Assembly (NCBI GenBank): GCA_002104945.1
Contig: MCFH01000053.1
Span: forward strand, 186,001 to 250,000
Direction of reading: 5' to 3'
DNA length: 64,000 nt
DNA from: Piromyces finnis finn
Lineage: Eukaryota > Fungi > Neocallimastigomycota
Shown here piece after piece: positions 40,601 through 53,500 of the stretch. The notes under the pieces are model-generated. The model saw nothing but the letters and a program-made list of their open reading frames with translations, made no database searches and was not told the DNA's origin. The position numbers and the translations under genes were made by a program. Numbering within the stretch: the first letter of the stretch is position 1; each line of letters starts with the position of its first letter.

Positions 40601-43375
40601 TAATATAATTAAATTATTATGATCATTTTAAATTTTTGGTAATTAAACATTTCTTCATTAATAACTCAACATATAATAGAAGTGTTAATAAAAAAAAGTT
40701 TTTGCAATGTAAAAAAATAATGTTTTTATTTTATACATATCCAAAAGTAATATTATATTTTGATATTGTTTATATTCACATTAATTATTAAGGAATAAAT
40801 TTAATTCGATAACTTTAATGATTTATATATAGTAAACAGAGAAATATCTAAATTATACCTTTTTCATAAAAAAAATTGCCTGAAAATATATTTTAATGAA
40901 TATCTATTTTTATTTTTGAGGAATTTAATAGTGAGCAATTCTTTCAACTCAACTCTATTTTTTAAACATAGTTGTTACAAAAAATTTCATAATTAGTTTT
41001 ATTCTTTATTAATGTTGTCGTTGTATAAATTTACTTTATCTTCTTTTCTATTTTATTTTAAATGATTTCATTATATTTTTTATAATAATCTATGCTTAAC
41101 TATTTTATAGTATTTTAAAGTAAAACCTTATTAAAAAATAAATGTAATAGTAATAATAAATGTAATAGCATGCATTAAATCATTCTTTTTATATTAATTA
41201 AAATTTTGTATTTGAAAAGAGTGGCATCAAATCATTTTATTGGCTATTTAATTTTCCATTTTTAACTTTTAATAAAATTAAAATTTTAATTTCAACTTTA
41301 ATTTTAAAAAAAAAATTGTATAAAAATATTTTTTTTATATAATTCTACTTTGAAGAAAGACTACATTGTTTATTATTTATTTTAATGAAAGTCTACTATT
41401 ATTATTTTTATTCAATTATCAGACTAATTGCTTTCTGTTATATTAACTATTTATTATTAATTAATCTTTTTTTTTTATTAAATCTTTTTTTAAATATTTA
41501 ATATCTTTGAATTTTAAAAATTAAATAGTTAAATATTTGTTTTATTATTCCTTTGTTTAGTGATATTTTTAGATTTATTATTTATTAATTAAACATAATT
41601 TTTTTTGCATTTAATGGCTAATATTTACTTTTTTTTATTTATTAAATTTGTGCTTTTTCAAAACCTTAGAAATGAATCTTTTTTCAATAATTAAATAATA
41701 TTAATTATAACTCACCTTACTTTGTTCCTATCACTGCACACACACTATAGCGGTAAAAATTTTTTATCAATATTAAATTTTCCTATCATTCCGAGTATTA
41801 AAAAAAAAAACACACACACACACACACAAAAACAGGTTATCTTTTTTGTTATTTTTTTTTTAAAGTTAAAAAATGAATAAATTAATAATTAATTGATGAT
41901 AGCGTAAATTTTAAATTTTAATTTATTTATAATTAAAAAATTTAATTTTTCTAATTAATTTTTCATTCTTTTTTAAAAATTAAAAAAAGGAATATTTTTT
42001 CTTTTTTTTTAATATCTTATTCTTTTACTTTAATTTTATTGGCTTATTTTTATTATTTAACCAAATAATAAATATGACAATGAAAGATCAAATATATTAT
42101 ATTAACCTATTAATTAATTGATTTAATATACTAAACAATTCATTTCTATTGAATGACATATATTATCCAATATAAATTCAATGTATTTAACACATAATTT
42201 AATGATTTTTAATATAAAAATCATAAGTTTTTAATTAAATATCATGATTTTAGTTATAATTAAAAAATCTTTACTTTATTTTTCATTTGAAATAAAATGA
42301 TTCATTTTTAAAAAGTGGACTTATTTTTGTTCTAAAAATAGAATGATGGTAAAGTGTCAAATAAAAACTTATTATTCAATACTTTATAAAAAAAATATTA
42401 GTATAATATAAAAATAGAAATTTAGATTTTATTGAAGAATGAATTATAATTTCTGTAAATTAAATATACATGGATAAATTTGAATTTTTTTCAATCTTAA
42501 CATTTATTCTAAAAAGTGTTATTATTATTACAAAGAAATTATAATGCTATTTTTATGATTTTTTTTTTTTAATGAAATATAATAAAGTGAAATTACTTTT
42601 TTATAATATCTATAATATTATTTTTTTATCTTTCTTCATATTATCTTTTTTTCAATTACAATATGTTTTTTTTTTTTTAAACACTTTGATAACCCTCTTC
42701 AAAACTATATTTTACAGACTTTTTTAATATAATTTTTTTAATTTTATATAATATATTACAATCAAATTATATGTATATTAAAATATATGTTTAAATTACA
42801 AACTGATACTATTTTTGTATATAATTCTTTATAGTTTTAATATATAAAAAATAAATTGACAGTTTTAAAAATAAATTAATAATTAATTGACATTACTATT
42901 TACAATATAATAAATAAAATGAAAATTATACATTAAAATATATTGTAATAAATAAAAATAAATTATATTAATCTTTTTATTTTAAAATATCATAACAAGA
43001 AAATATTAAAAAACAAAAAAGTATAAATACTGCTCTTTTTTTTCTCATTCTATTGTTATTTATATTCAGATAATTGTATTATTTGTATAATAAAATATCT
43101 TTTTTTATAATCTTTCCTTCGATATTATTAAAGTATTAAAAGAAAAAAAAAACTATTAAATTTGTTAAAAAATCTTTTTTTTTTTTTTGTAAATTATACC
43201 TTGAAATAAAAAAAGTTAGATATATACCTATTTTGATTGATATTTAAAGTGAAATTAAGAAAAAAAAAAAAAAGGTCTACTCTAATTATTTAGTGTTATA
43301 CTTTTTTTGTTATATAAAAGAAATAAAATTTAGAATTTTTTTTATAAATCGTTCAAAACTTTTTGTTTAATCAAT

Positions 43376-45219
43376 ATGTATCGCAAACAACAAAAATATG
43401 TTATGGTATGCAACTACTATTTTAATTAAATTTTATTTTAGCGTAGTTTATTATTTTTTTGTTATTTTTATAATTTAGATTTGATTTGAAGCAAAATTTT
43501 TATTCATATAAATTTTTTTATTTAAAAATAAAAGAAATGTTTTTTAATAGTAAATAATATTTTACTAATAATACCTTTTAATTTTATTTACTCTAGGGCC
43601 GTGAATTGGAAGCCAAGAATTATAGAAATAAAGCCCAAAAAGCAAAGAATAAATCACAAATTTTAAAAAGTGAGAAAAAAGAAGCAAATGATGGTTATAA
43701 TTATCAAAATGAAATTATTAACGACAAGTTGATATACAGTATTCGTGAATTAATGAGAAATAGTTCTTATCCTTCCTTAAATTTAAATAATCTGAATATT
43801 GATAATATAAATCAAAGAGTTCGTGATGCTCAATACGCTGTTCGTGGTGAATTAGTTACAATTGCAGAAAAAATGCAAAAGGATATTAATGAAGGAAAAA
43901 GAACAGATTTCGAAAAAATCGTTTTTTGTAATATCGGTAATCCACATGCTGTTGGTCAAAAACCAATTTCATTTATTAGACAAGTTCTTTCTATTGTAGA
44001 ATACCCAGAATTATTAAACAATCCAAATATTCATTTACTTTATCCAGAAGATGTAATTCTTCGTGCGAAAGAATATATTATAAATACTAAGAATGGAATT
44101 GGTGCTTACTCTAACTCTCAAGGTTTCGATTTTGTGGTTAAAGATGTTGCCAGATTTATTGAAGAAAGAGATGGTTATAAAGCTGATCCAAAAAATATTT
44201 TCTTAACTAATGGTGCCTCGGAAGGTATTCAAATGTTCCTTAATACTATTATTAGAAATAATATGGATGGTGTTTTACTTCCAATTCCACAATACCCTCT
44301 TTATTCTGCCCTTTTAACCCTTTTAGGTGGTACAAAAGTTAACTATTATTTAGATGAAAGTAAGGGTTGGGGCCTCTCCATAGAAGAATTAAATAATGCT
44401 GTTTCTATGGCTAGAATGAAAGATGTTAATATACGTTGTATTGTTGTTATTAACCCAGGTAATCCAACTGGTAAATGTTTAGATGTTGAAAATATGAAGG
44501 AAATTATCAAATTCTGTCAAAGGGAAAATCTTATTCTTATTGCTGACGAAGTTTATCAGGAAAATGTTTATGCTGAAGATATGAAATTTACCTCTTTCCG
44601 TAAAGTGCTTTTAGATATGGGTGAACAATTTTCAAATGTTCAACTATTTTCTTGTCACTCTATTTCAAAAGGTTTTCTTGGAGAATGTGGTCAACGTGGT
44701 GGATATTTTGAAATTATGAATATTGATGGTGAAGTTCGTGATCAAATATATAAATTAGCATGTACTCGTTTATGTCCAAATACTTTAGGTCAGTTAGTTG
44801 TTTCAATGATGGTTAGACCACCAAAAGAGGACGAACTATCTTATGAATTATACCAAATGGAAAAGAATAGTATCCTTAACCAATTAAAGGAACGTTCTAT
44901 TATGCTAACAAAAGAATTGAATAATATTCCAGGAATTTCTTGTGAAAGACCACAAGGTGCTATGTACATTTTCCCAAGTGTGGAACTACCATCAAAATTT
45001 ATTGAAGAAGCAGAAAAGATGGGTAAAAAGCCTGATTTCCTTTGGGCAAAACACATGTTAGAAGAAGCAGGGGTTTGTGTTATACCAGGTTCTGGATTTG
45101 GACAAAAACCGGGAACATATCATTTTAGAACTACATTTTTGGCGGATCAAAATTCTTTAAAAGATGCTGTATTTAGAATGAAAGCTGTTCATGAAAAATT
45201 ATTAAAGCAATATGCCTAA
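43376..45219 (+). CDS. ALT1: alanine aminotransferase (class I/II PLP aminotransferase); short first exon 43376-43405, intron 43406-43596
   Basis: QYAVRGE, CNIGNPHAVGQ, NPGNPTG, ADEVYQEN, HSISKG (PLP Lys), GECGQRGGY, PGSGFGQ, HFRTTF; upstream ATG exon splices in frame. Confidence 0.95.
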
Positions 45220-45741
45220 GATTTTTTTAAAATTTTAGAATATATACTCTATTTTATGTATAAATATTTCTTTCTTATATATATATCAAAGAATATCGTT
45301 AATATCTATTATAATATTTTCCCTCATGCCAAAAAAAGCAACATTTATAACCATTTTATCATTTAAACACTATCATTTTTCATTAATATTTTTTTTTTTA
45401 TTTTTTATTTTTAATAATTTTATAACCATAAAAAAACTTAAATTAGTAGACTTAAATAATAATTATACCCATATTTTTTTTCTATAATAATGATATATTT
45501 GGATTTTTATATTAAAAAATAATTAAAATAATTTATATACACTCTTTATATATAATGAAAAAATTAAATAAACTTATAATAGTAAAATTTAAATAAATTT
45601 ATAATTGTAAAAATCTAAATAAATTTATGAAATAATAAAAAAATAAAAAAATAAATTATATATATGTATTTAAATATTTATTTATTTTAGAGTTTGATTG
45701 AATATTGTTATTTCAATTTAAATAAAAAAGTATAATTTTTT

Positions 45742-47236
45742 TTAAAAGTTAATTGCTTTTTTAATTTGTTCGATATCATGAATAATAGTTTCATTATGCT
45801 TATCAAATTCTAAAGCTTCAGTATAATCATTTAAAGCTTTTTTTTTTTTTTAATTACATAATTATATAATAATGAAAATAAATAAATAAATTTAAAATAT
45901 TATAAAATGTTTTGTTAGAAAAAAAGATATTTTTATAATTAAAAATTAAAAAGTAAAAATATTATACCTTCTTGATATTTCTTATTAGCAACTTGTGTAG
46001 CTCCACGACGAATCAATAACTTCATAAGGGCTAATTCATGAGTTCTGGTAAATGGTATTCTAATTGGTTCTGCATTACAAGCTCCATGTTCAAATTCATC
46101 TTTAATAGTTTTTAAAGTAGTAATAGCTTTATCACAATCTTTTAAACATTCTTCAAATTTTTTCATTTTAAGATAACACGCTGAACGATTAGATAAACAT
46201 CTAATTAATTTTTAAATAATTATTATTTTAAATAATACAATGTAAAACGAAAAAAAAAACACACAATAGAAATTATATAAGTTATTTTGATTTTACTAAT
46301 AATATAAATTTATCTTTTTAATTTTGAATCAAATTATTGTTATAATTTTACCCGATATTTTCTGGTTCTAATTCTAAAGCTGAGGTATAAGCATTGATAG
46401 CTGTGATATTTTCAATTGTATATAATTATTAATTATAATACAATAAAGTTAAAAATTGGATAAGGATAAAAAAAATGATTTAAAAATATGAATTAGATTT
46501 GTTTAAGAAAATAAAATTATACCTCCTTCATAGTCTTCATGTTTATAAAAAACATTTCCTTTTTCTTTTAAATATACAGCTATTGAAAATTTTAGTTTTA
46601 GTTATTATTTGTGAATTATTTTTTTTAATTAATTTAAAAAAAATGAATTCAATACTTACCACTTTCTTCCTGGATACCTTTGGAATCGTGTAATTTATCT
46701 AATGATGCTTTAATAGCTCTTTGTCTCTTCATATGATTTCTATATTTTTCTTTTTTTTTTTTTTTAAAAAAAAAATTATTCATTTTAATATTCATAATTT
46801 TTATAATTTCGAAATTAATATAATAATAAGTAGCATTAGTATAAAAAGAATGTATGTAGTAGTAATAAAAATTTTTTGTATAAATTTGAAAAAAGAAAGA
46901 AAATAAATAATATAAACACTTTACCATCTTCAGATTCACGAGCGGCTGTAGGACGATCACGTGGAGTAAATGTAATATTTATATGTTGATTGATAGCTCT
47001 TGGTGGGGGTAATTTTCTTTCCGTTGATGCTTTACTCATGCGATAATATCTTTTTCCTAATTTTTCTTCTAATTCCTTTTCGGTTTTTCGTTGTAATTCT
47101 TTACGTACTTTGGCTTGAATGGCTTCCATATCAAATTCATCTTCATCTTCATCTGAATTAAAATCGGAAATCTATAATCATTTTCAAAATAATTAATTAA
47201 TTATTATTTTTGGTGTTATTAAAATAAATGTTATTA

Positions 47237-47268
<32 letters not shown>

Positions 47269-49153
47269 TATTGTTGTTATTATTTATTAAATTGGCGAAA
47301 TAAATAAAGAATATTTAAAAAAAAAATAGAATAATTACATCTTCTAAAACTTTTCCTTTATATTGATTAATATTTGCTTCTTTTGGAGTTTCTGTTATTG
47401 GTTGACTTTGAAGTGTAGTATTGTCATTTTCTTCAGTTACTACTGGATCATTTTCTTCAGTTATTTGTGCTTCTGTTAAGCGTTCCCAATCTTTCTCTTC
47501 GGGTTTTTCTTCTCTTAATACCTCTTTTTCATGATTATTTTGTTTTAATGAAGAAATATTTTTTTGATTTTTTTTATTTCTTCTTCTTTTAGCTAGAGTA
47601 TCCAATTTTTGATTTTGTTTAATAAAATCATTTAATTCATCCTTATTTTCTTTTTCCCATGGATCAAGGGATGATTCAAGTTCCTCATTATCATTGTATT
47701 CAATGACATTATCTTGATCATCCCATATATCAATATTTGCATCGATTTCATCATCCTCTATTTTTTCTTCTTCCTCCTCTTCCTCTTCATCACTATCAAT
47801 TTCTCTAATTCTACCTTCATCATTATCTTGGTATCTTTTTCTGAAATTTATAAATTTTGGATTTTCTTGTTTTTCATTATTTATCCATGAATATAAATCT
47901 TTCTATTATTTCATTTATGATTTATTACAATATACAATATATATTTAATAAAATTTCGGGAAATATTGCGTTAAAATATATTTATATAAATAATATATAT
48001 AAAATATATTATTTATATTATTTAATTACTATTTTCCTATTTAATGAATTTTTTTTTTAAAAAATATTTTAATTTATTTCTTGTATTACTTTTGCTTCTT
48101 CTGCAGCCTTATTTTTAATCTCTTTAATTTTTTCTCTTTCTGCTTTTTCTACATCCATTTGTTTTTGAACCATTTCTCTTTTTTGATTATTAATAAAAAT
48201 TCTTTTTTGTTTTTGTTTCTTTAAATAATTATAAAGTAATATAATTAAAATAAGTAATTGGATTGAATCATCATAATTTAAGTATTAAAAAATTTTATAT
48301 AAAAACATTAATAAAAAGTGTCAATGTAAAATAAAAAAAATTCGAATATTTAATTTTTTTTCGTAATATTAATTATTACTTCTTTTATTTTTTCTAATGA
48401 TCTATCGAATGCTTCAGCTCTTCTCTTTTTAATTAATTCTTTATTTTCAGGTGTAGATTTTTCTTCATCTGTGAATAATGATGCTCTACCCCATAACTTT
48501 GATGTTTCCTTTTATTTCGAAATTTATTATTAAATAAATTAATTAGATCAAGTTTCATCATATAAAAAAAGTAATATAATAATTAGAATTGAAATTGAAA
48601 TAGAATATTAGATATGTGTTATATGCTTTATTTCTTTTTTTTTTTTTTTATCAAAAGATATTATTTTTTTCCGTATTTGTCATAATATATATTTATTCAT
48701 AAGTATGTACTTTTTTAATAGAGAATTTTATATCTTTTTGTGAAATATTTGCTGAAGAAGTATCTTCATCTACTTTGTCAAAGAAATCTAATTCAAAAAA
48801 AAAAGGACTAAAATTGATTTTTAAGTAACTATCGTTACCTATTGATAGATTGTATCATTTAAAAAAAAAAAAATTATATAAAGAAATATATAAATATTAG
48901 GATATTTTAGATATTATTATAATAAAATTCATAATAATAAAAAGTAAAAAAAAAAAAAGGAATATTTTTATTTTTTTAAAATTTTGATTTTCATATATTT
49001 TTTCAAACCCAATATATGTAAGCTTCATTAATTTTAAGTATACTACATACAATAAATATCAACATTTTTAGGATTCTGTCCATTTAATTTAATGGTCAAA
49101 AAAAGATGTTCTTCATCTTCCTGAAATTCATATTCTTTAATTAAAATTGGCAT
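45742..49153 (-). CDS. DNAAF4: dynein axonemal assembly factor 4 (DYX1C1): CS/p23 domain plus TPRs, multi-exon
   Basis: MPILIKEYEFQEDEEHLFLTI, YLKINFSPFFFELD, PPPRAINQHINITFTPRDRPTAARESE, TPR AINAYTSALE...LSNRSACYLKMKKFEECLKDCDKAI. Confidence 0.9.
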
Positions 49154-49453
49154 TTATTATTTCTATTATCTTGTAACAAACTTTATATACAATTGTTATT
49201 ATGTTATTTCAAAATGTTTTTGAATATTGAAAATGTAATGAATTAATTTAAAAAAAAAAAATTTTTTTAATTCAACTTCCGACTTTTTTTAATTTTTTTT
49301 TTTTTTTTGTAACATTTTAAATTAAAAAATTTTTTTAAAAAAAAAAGCTTTTAATTAAATTTTGTGTAACAATATAATTTTTATTTTGTCTTTTTTTTTT
49401 TTTAATTATAAATTTTTAAAGTTAATACTTTCATAGGAAATTACATCCATAAT

Positions 49454-49562
49454 AATAGAGTCCTACAGACAATGTTCCGTGCAGTCAAGCTCACTCCGCT
49501 TCTCATTCCGGCTCTATTGATTTTCCATGCATACTGTTGTAGGTGTTAATTGTGAATTAACA
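49454..49562 (-). ncRNA. candidate structured RNA element (GC-rich island) with TPP-riboswitch-like motif order; strand and identity uncertain
   Basis: Minus strand AATAGAG-CCG-GAATGAGAAG-CGG-AGTGAG-CTTGA...TGTAGG-A-CTCTATT; alternative CCTACA/TGTAGG stem; adjacent perfect 8 bp hairpin TGTTAATT-GTG-AATTAACA. Confidence 0.4.
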
Positions 49563-50508
49563 TAATATAAATTTTATTTATAATAAAAAAATAATATTAA
49601 TAAAAACTTTATAAAATGTAATGTTTTTTGAGTTTATTAAAAACAATACTTTTAATAATTTTATAGTGATTAATCTATCTACTATTTTAGTGATATATTA
49701 ATTATAATAAAATTATAGTTTTATGATAAGTATATTTTAAATTCAGTTTTAAATTTGATAGATAAATTAAAATGGAATAAAAAAAATTAAAGTGTATATA
49801 CTAGACACAATAAAGATCTTTATCTTATAATAAATAAGTATTTAAAGCATAAAGAATAAAACTTTTTTTTTAAATATTTATTTCAAAATAAAAATTATCA
49901 ATTATTAATTTAACTTTGAGTCTGACATTAGTTGTTATTCTGATTTATTATATTGATAGAACTTCTAAGTGATTCGTATTTAAATATTTCTCTTTGAATT
50001 AAAATATTTAATGACTATAATAAAATAGCAATATAAATAAAAGTAGGATATTAAAAGAAAGAAAAGCTCAAATAAATAAGAAATAAATAACAGAAAATAA
50101 TAATTATTATTAACCTCACATAACAAGAATTTATGTGAATTATTCATTTTATTCTTTTTATACATGCTTTTATATACATGCTTTATATAAATGGCTAAAA
50201 AATAAAATAAAAATATATTATTTATATTGTATGAATAAATACATATATTTTTTTTAATTTTTTTTTTAAAAATAATTAATTAAAATTAGATTTAATATAA
50301 CCAATTTTAAACTTAATTAAAAGGACTAAAATAATTTTATAGGGATCTTTCAAAATAAACATTTAAATTGAATAAAAACTAATAAAAATTCTTTTTAACT
50401 TATAAAGGCTATTTAAAAAATATAGATAATTTATATTTTATAGCTTGTTTTAACATACGTCGTCACACAATACAATATTACACAATAATATTCTACATGT
50501 AATACAAT

Positions 50509-53500
50509 ATGGATGCTGAATTAAAAATTGAAGAACTAAAGGAATTGATATCAAATAATCAAAAACTCTATCTAGAAGATTTCTTTGATGTACATAGTAA
50601 TTATTTCGAAGATTTAAATAATTTTAATGAAATATTAATTTATACAATTGAATGTGCAACCGCATCTACTAAAATTTTAAAATACATAATTAATTTAAGA
50701 GAAGATAAAAATTTAAATTATTATATATTAACTAAACCAACTGAAGATAGCGAAAGTAATAATGAAAGTAATACTAAAATAAAAATTCCACTTTTTGAAG
50801 CTGTTAAAAATAATTTTTTTGATAAAGCTAATATATTAATTTCTTATAAAGCTGATAAAGTTGATATAAATTATAGTTATCAACAAAATATTTTTGACTA
50901 TTTATACAATTCAAAATGTCTTTCTACTAAAACCTTGAAATATATTTTGTCTTCTAAATATAACATTACACTCTCGATAATTTAAAATTATTAATTGAAA
51001 ATAATGAAAGTAAATATCTTGAAATAATTTTTGATTTTAATCAAAAAGAATTTAATGAAAAAATGATTTTAAACTTAATTAATGTTTCAAAAAATAAATT
51101 ACAAATTCCTGATGTATCATTTAATGCACTTTTAAAAAATAAAAAAGAAATATTTAATATAAATGAATGTCTGTATGAAATAGCTTATAGAAAAGGATAT
51201 AATAAAATATTAAACATTTTATTTAAAAATGATATGAGTAATAAACGTAAATTATATAAAAGAATAATTAAATATAATTTAATGAAATATTCAATTGAAA
51301 CATATAACTATGGATATATTAAAAAAATATTAAATATATAATCATTTTGCTATAAATGTATGAATTATAAAACAATTTTAAAGAGAATAATTGAAACTTT
51401 TGATAATCAAGGTCGTTCCAGTTTTTATCCTGGTTGTTAAGGCGTTTCCTTAGCATACATAAGGCTTCTGGTTCGACCCCGCAGATGTCAGTGCCTGTGG
51501 ATTTTCCCACTGGGTTTGCCATGGGTTGGGTTATGATATTCAGGTAAGTATAAATGAACTTTCTAATTTACTACTATGATAATAACACTCGTCTAGCCGG
51601 CCTGAGAGGGTCTAGTGTACATGGTACATTCCAAATTAGAACTTAATAAGTGGTGACTTAGGCTATGCCAAAAACACATAATATTCCTTAATCAATTTAA
51701 GTGTAAACATTAGGGGGCGGTTGACACGTGATCAAATTGACTATAAGAGGCTTAGCATTGTAGTTGTGAAATATCGTACAACGACATGCATCTAATGTAC
51801 ATGGATTAAGTGAGCGTCGAAGCTGAAGAAACAGTATGACAGACCAGGAGGGTCACAACCACCTAGCAATAGGAATGAGCCAACGTTTCTCTAAGAACCA
51901 CCATTGGAGCTAACTCTGATCGATGGGAGAAATGCACTCGGAAGTTAAAAAAAAAAAAAAAAAAAAAAATTGATAATCAAGATGATAATAAAAGAAATAT
52001 TTCAAAATTATTTATCGATTCATTCATTTATAATACTGATAATATTAATAATGCATATGAATATAAAATAATTAATGAAAATAATAATTCGAATGATACT
52101 CTTACAAATATTAAATATAAACAAGAATACTTTAATATAATTTTAAATTGTGCAATAGAATGTCGTAATAAATCATTTATTGAATATTTAATTGAAAATG
52201 AAGAATATAAAGAAAATATTAATATAAATGTAAAAGATGCCAATGATGAATATCCGATGATTACTGCATTATATAGTAGTCAAAATGAAATATTAAAATA
52301 TTTAATTGAACATGCTGGTGGTGATTATAATATCAAAAATAATAGTGGAACTTCATTATTAATAATAGCACTTCAAAGAAAAAATAATGATATTGTTAAA
52401 TATTTATTTGAAAAACCAAATCTCAAAATCGATGAAAAAGACCCAAATGGAAAGTCTGTATTTTTAAATGCAATGAGTCAAAATAATCAAGATATCATTG
52501 AATTACTTTTTGATTATAATACCGCTAATAAAATACCGATTAATATTAATGAAAAAGATGCAAGTGGAAATTGTCCAATTACAAGAGCTATAAATAAAAA
52601 TAATTTTGATAGGGTCATTTTATTGATGGAATATGCAATTAGTAATAAGATTGATATGAATCTTACAGATATTAATGGTTATTCACTCTTACGTCTTTGT
52701 TATATTCAAGGATTTATAAATATATTTAAGTATTTAATTGAATATCTTGATATTAATAAAAAAGATAAATTTGGTAAAAGTATTATATTTTATGCAGTCG
52801 ATGAAAATGACATTGAAACTGTAAAATATTTAATTAATTGCGGAGCAGATTTAAACATTCGTGATTTTAGTAATAATTCAATTATTGATTATGCTATGTT
52901 TAATAACAATATTGATTTGTTAAATATATTAATACAAAAAGATAATCTTTCATTAAATAAATTTAATTCTAAAAATGAAACCCCGATTATATCATTAATT
53001 AAAAACAAAAATAGCACAACGGAAAAGAAAATAAAAATCATTATTAATTATATAAATAGAGGATGTGATATAAATAAATTAAATAATTATGTAGTAAATA
53101 AACTTTCCTCATTAATACATGCTATTGAAAATGATGAATTATCTTTAACTGAACTTTTAATTAATATGGGTGCAAATATTAATATAAAAAATGGAAAAGG
53201 ATATACCTATTTACGTTATGGTATTAATAAAGTAATGGGAAACTATAGTAATTTTTATTCTGATGGTATAACAAAATTATTGTTTAAAAATGAACTATAT
53301 AATATATATAATGATGATAAACTTTTCTTTTCAGAATTTTCAGAATTCTCAGAAATTAGCGAAAAAAAGTTAAATGAAATAAAAAGATTGATTTCTTCAA
53401 TAGTGGATATCAATATAGTAGACTATAATGGTAATACATTGCTACATGTAGCAGTATCAAAAAAAAAAACCCGAATTAGTAAAACTTTTAATTGAAAATG

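Noticed and set aside
49483-49493. Box C/D snoRNA guide (AGTCAAGCTCA is complementary to an LSU rRNA segment)
   Set aside because: No recognisable C (TGATGA) or D (CTGA) boxes at suitable positions; kept only as an alternative for the Rfam search
51412-51495. tRNA-like sequence as a functional tRNA gene
   Set aside because: No proper acceptor stem, non-canonical anticodon loop and imperfect T stem; it is the head of the SINE
51594-51610. 17-mer TAGCCGGCCTGAGAGGG resembling a bacterial 16S rRNA segment
   Set aside because: Similarity does not extend on either side; probably chance given 16S diversity, though a BLAST of the SINE would settle it
51815-51945. Hammerhead ribozyme (CTGAAGA) in the SINE, i.e. 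a retrozyme
   Set aside because: Could not build stem II plus GAAA and stems I/III in any topology
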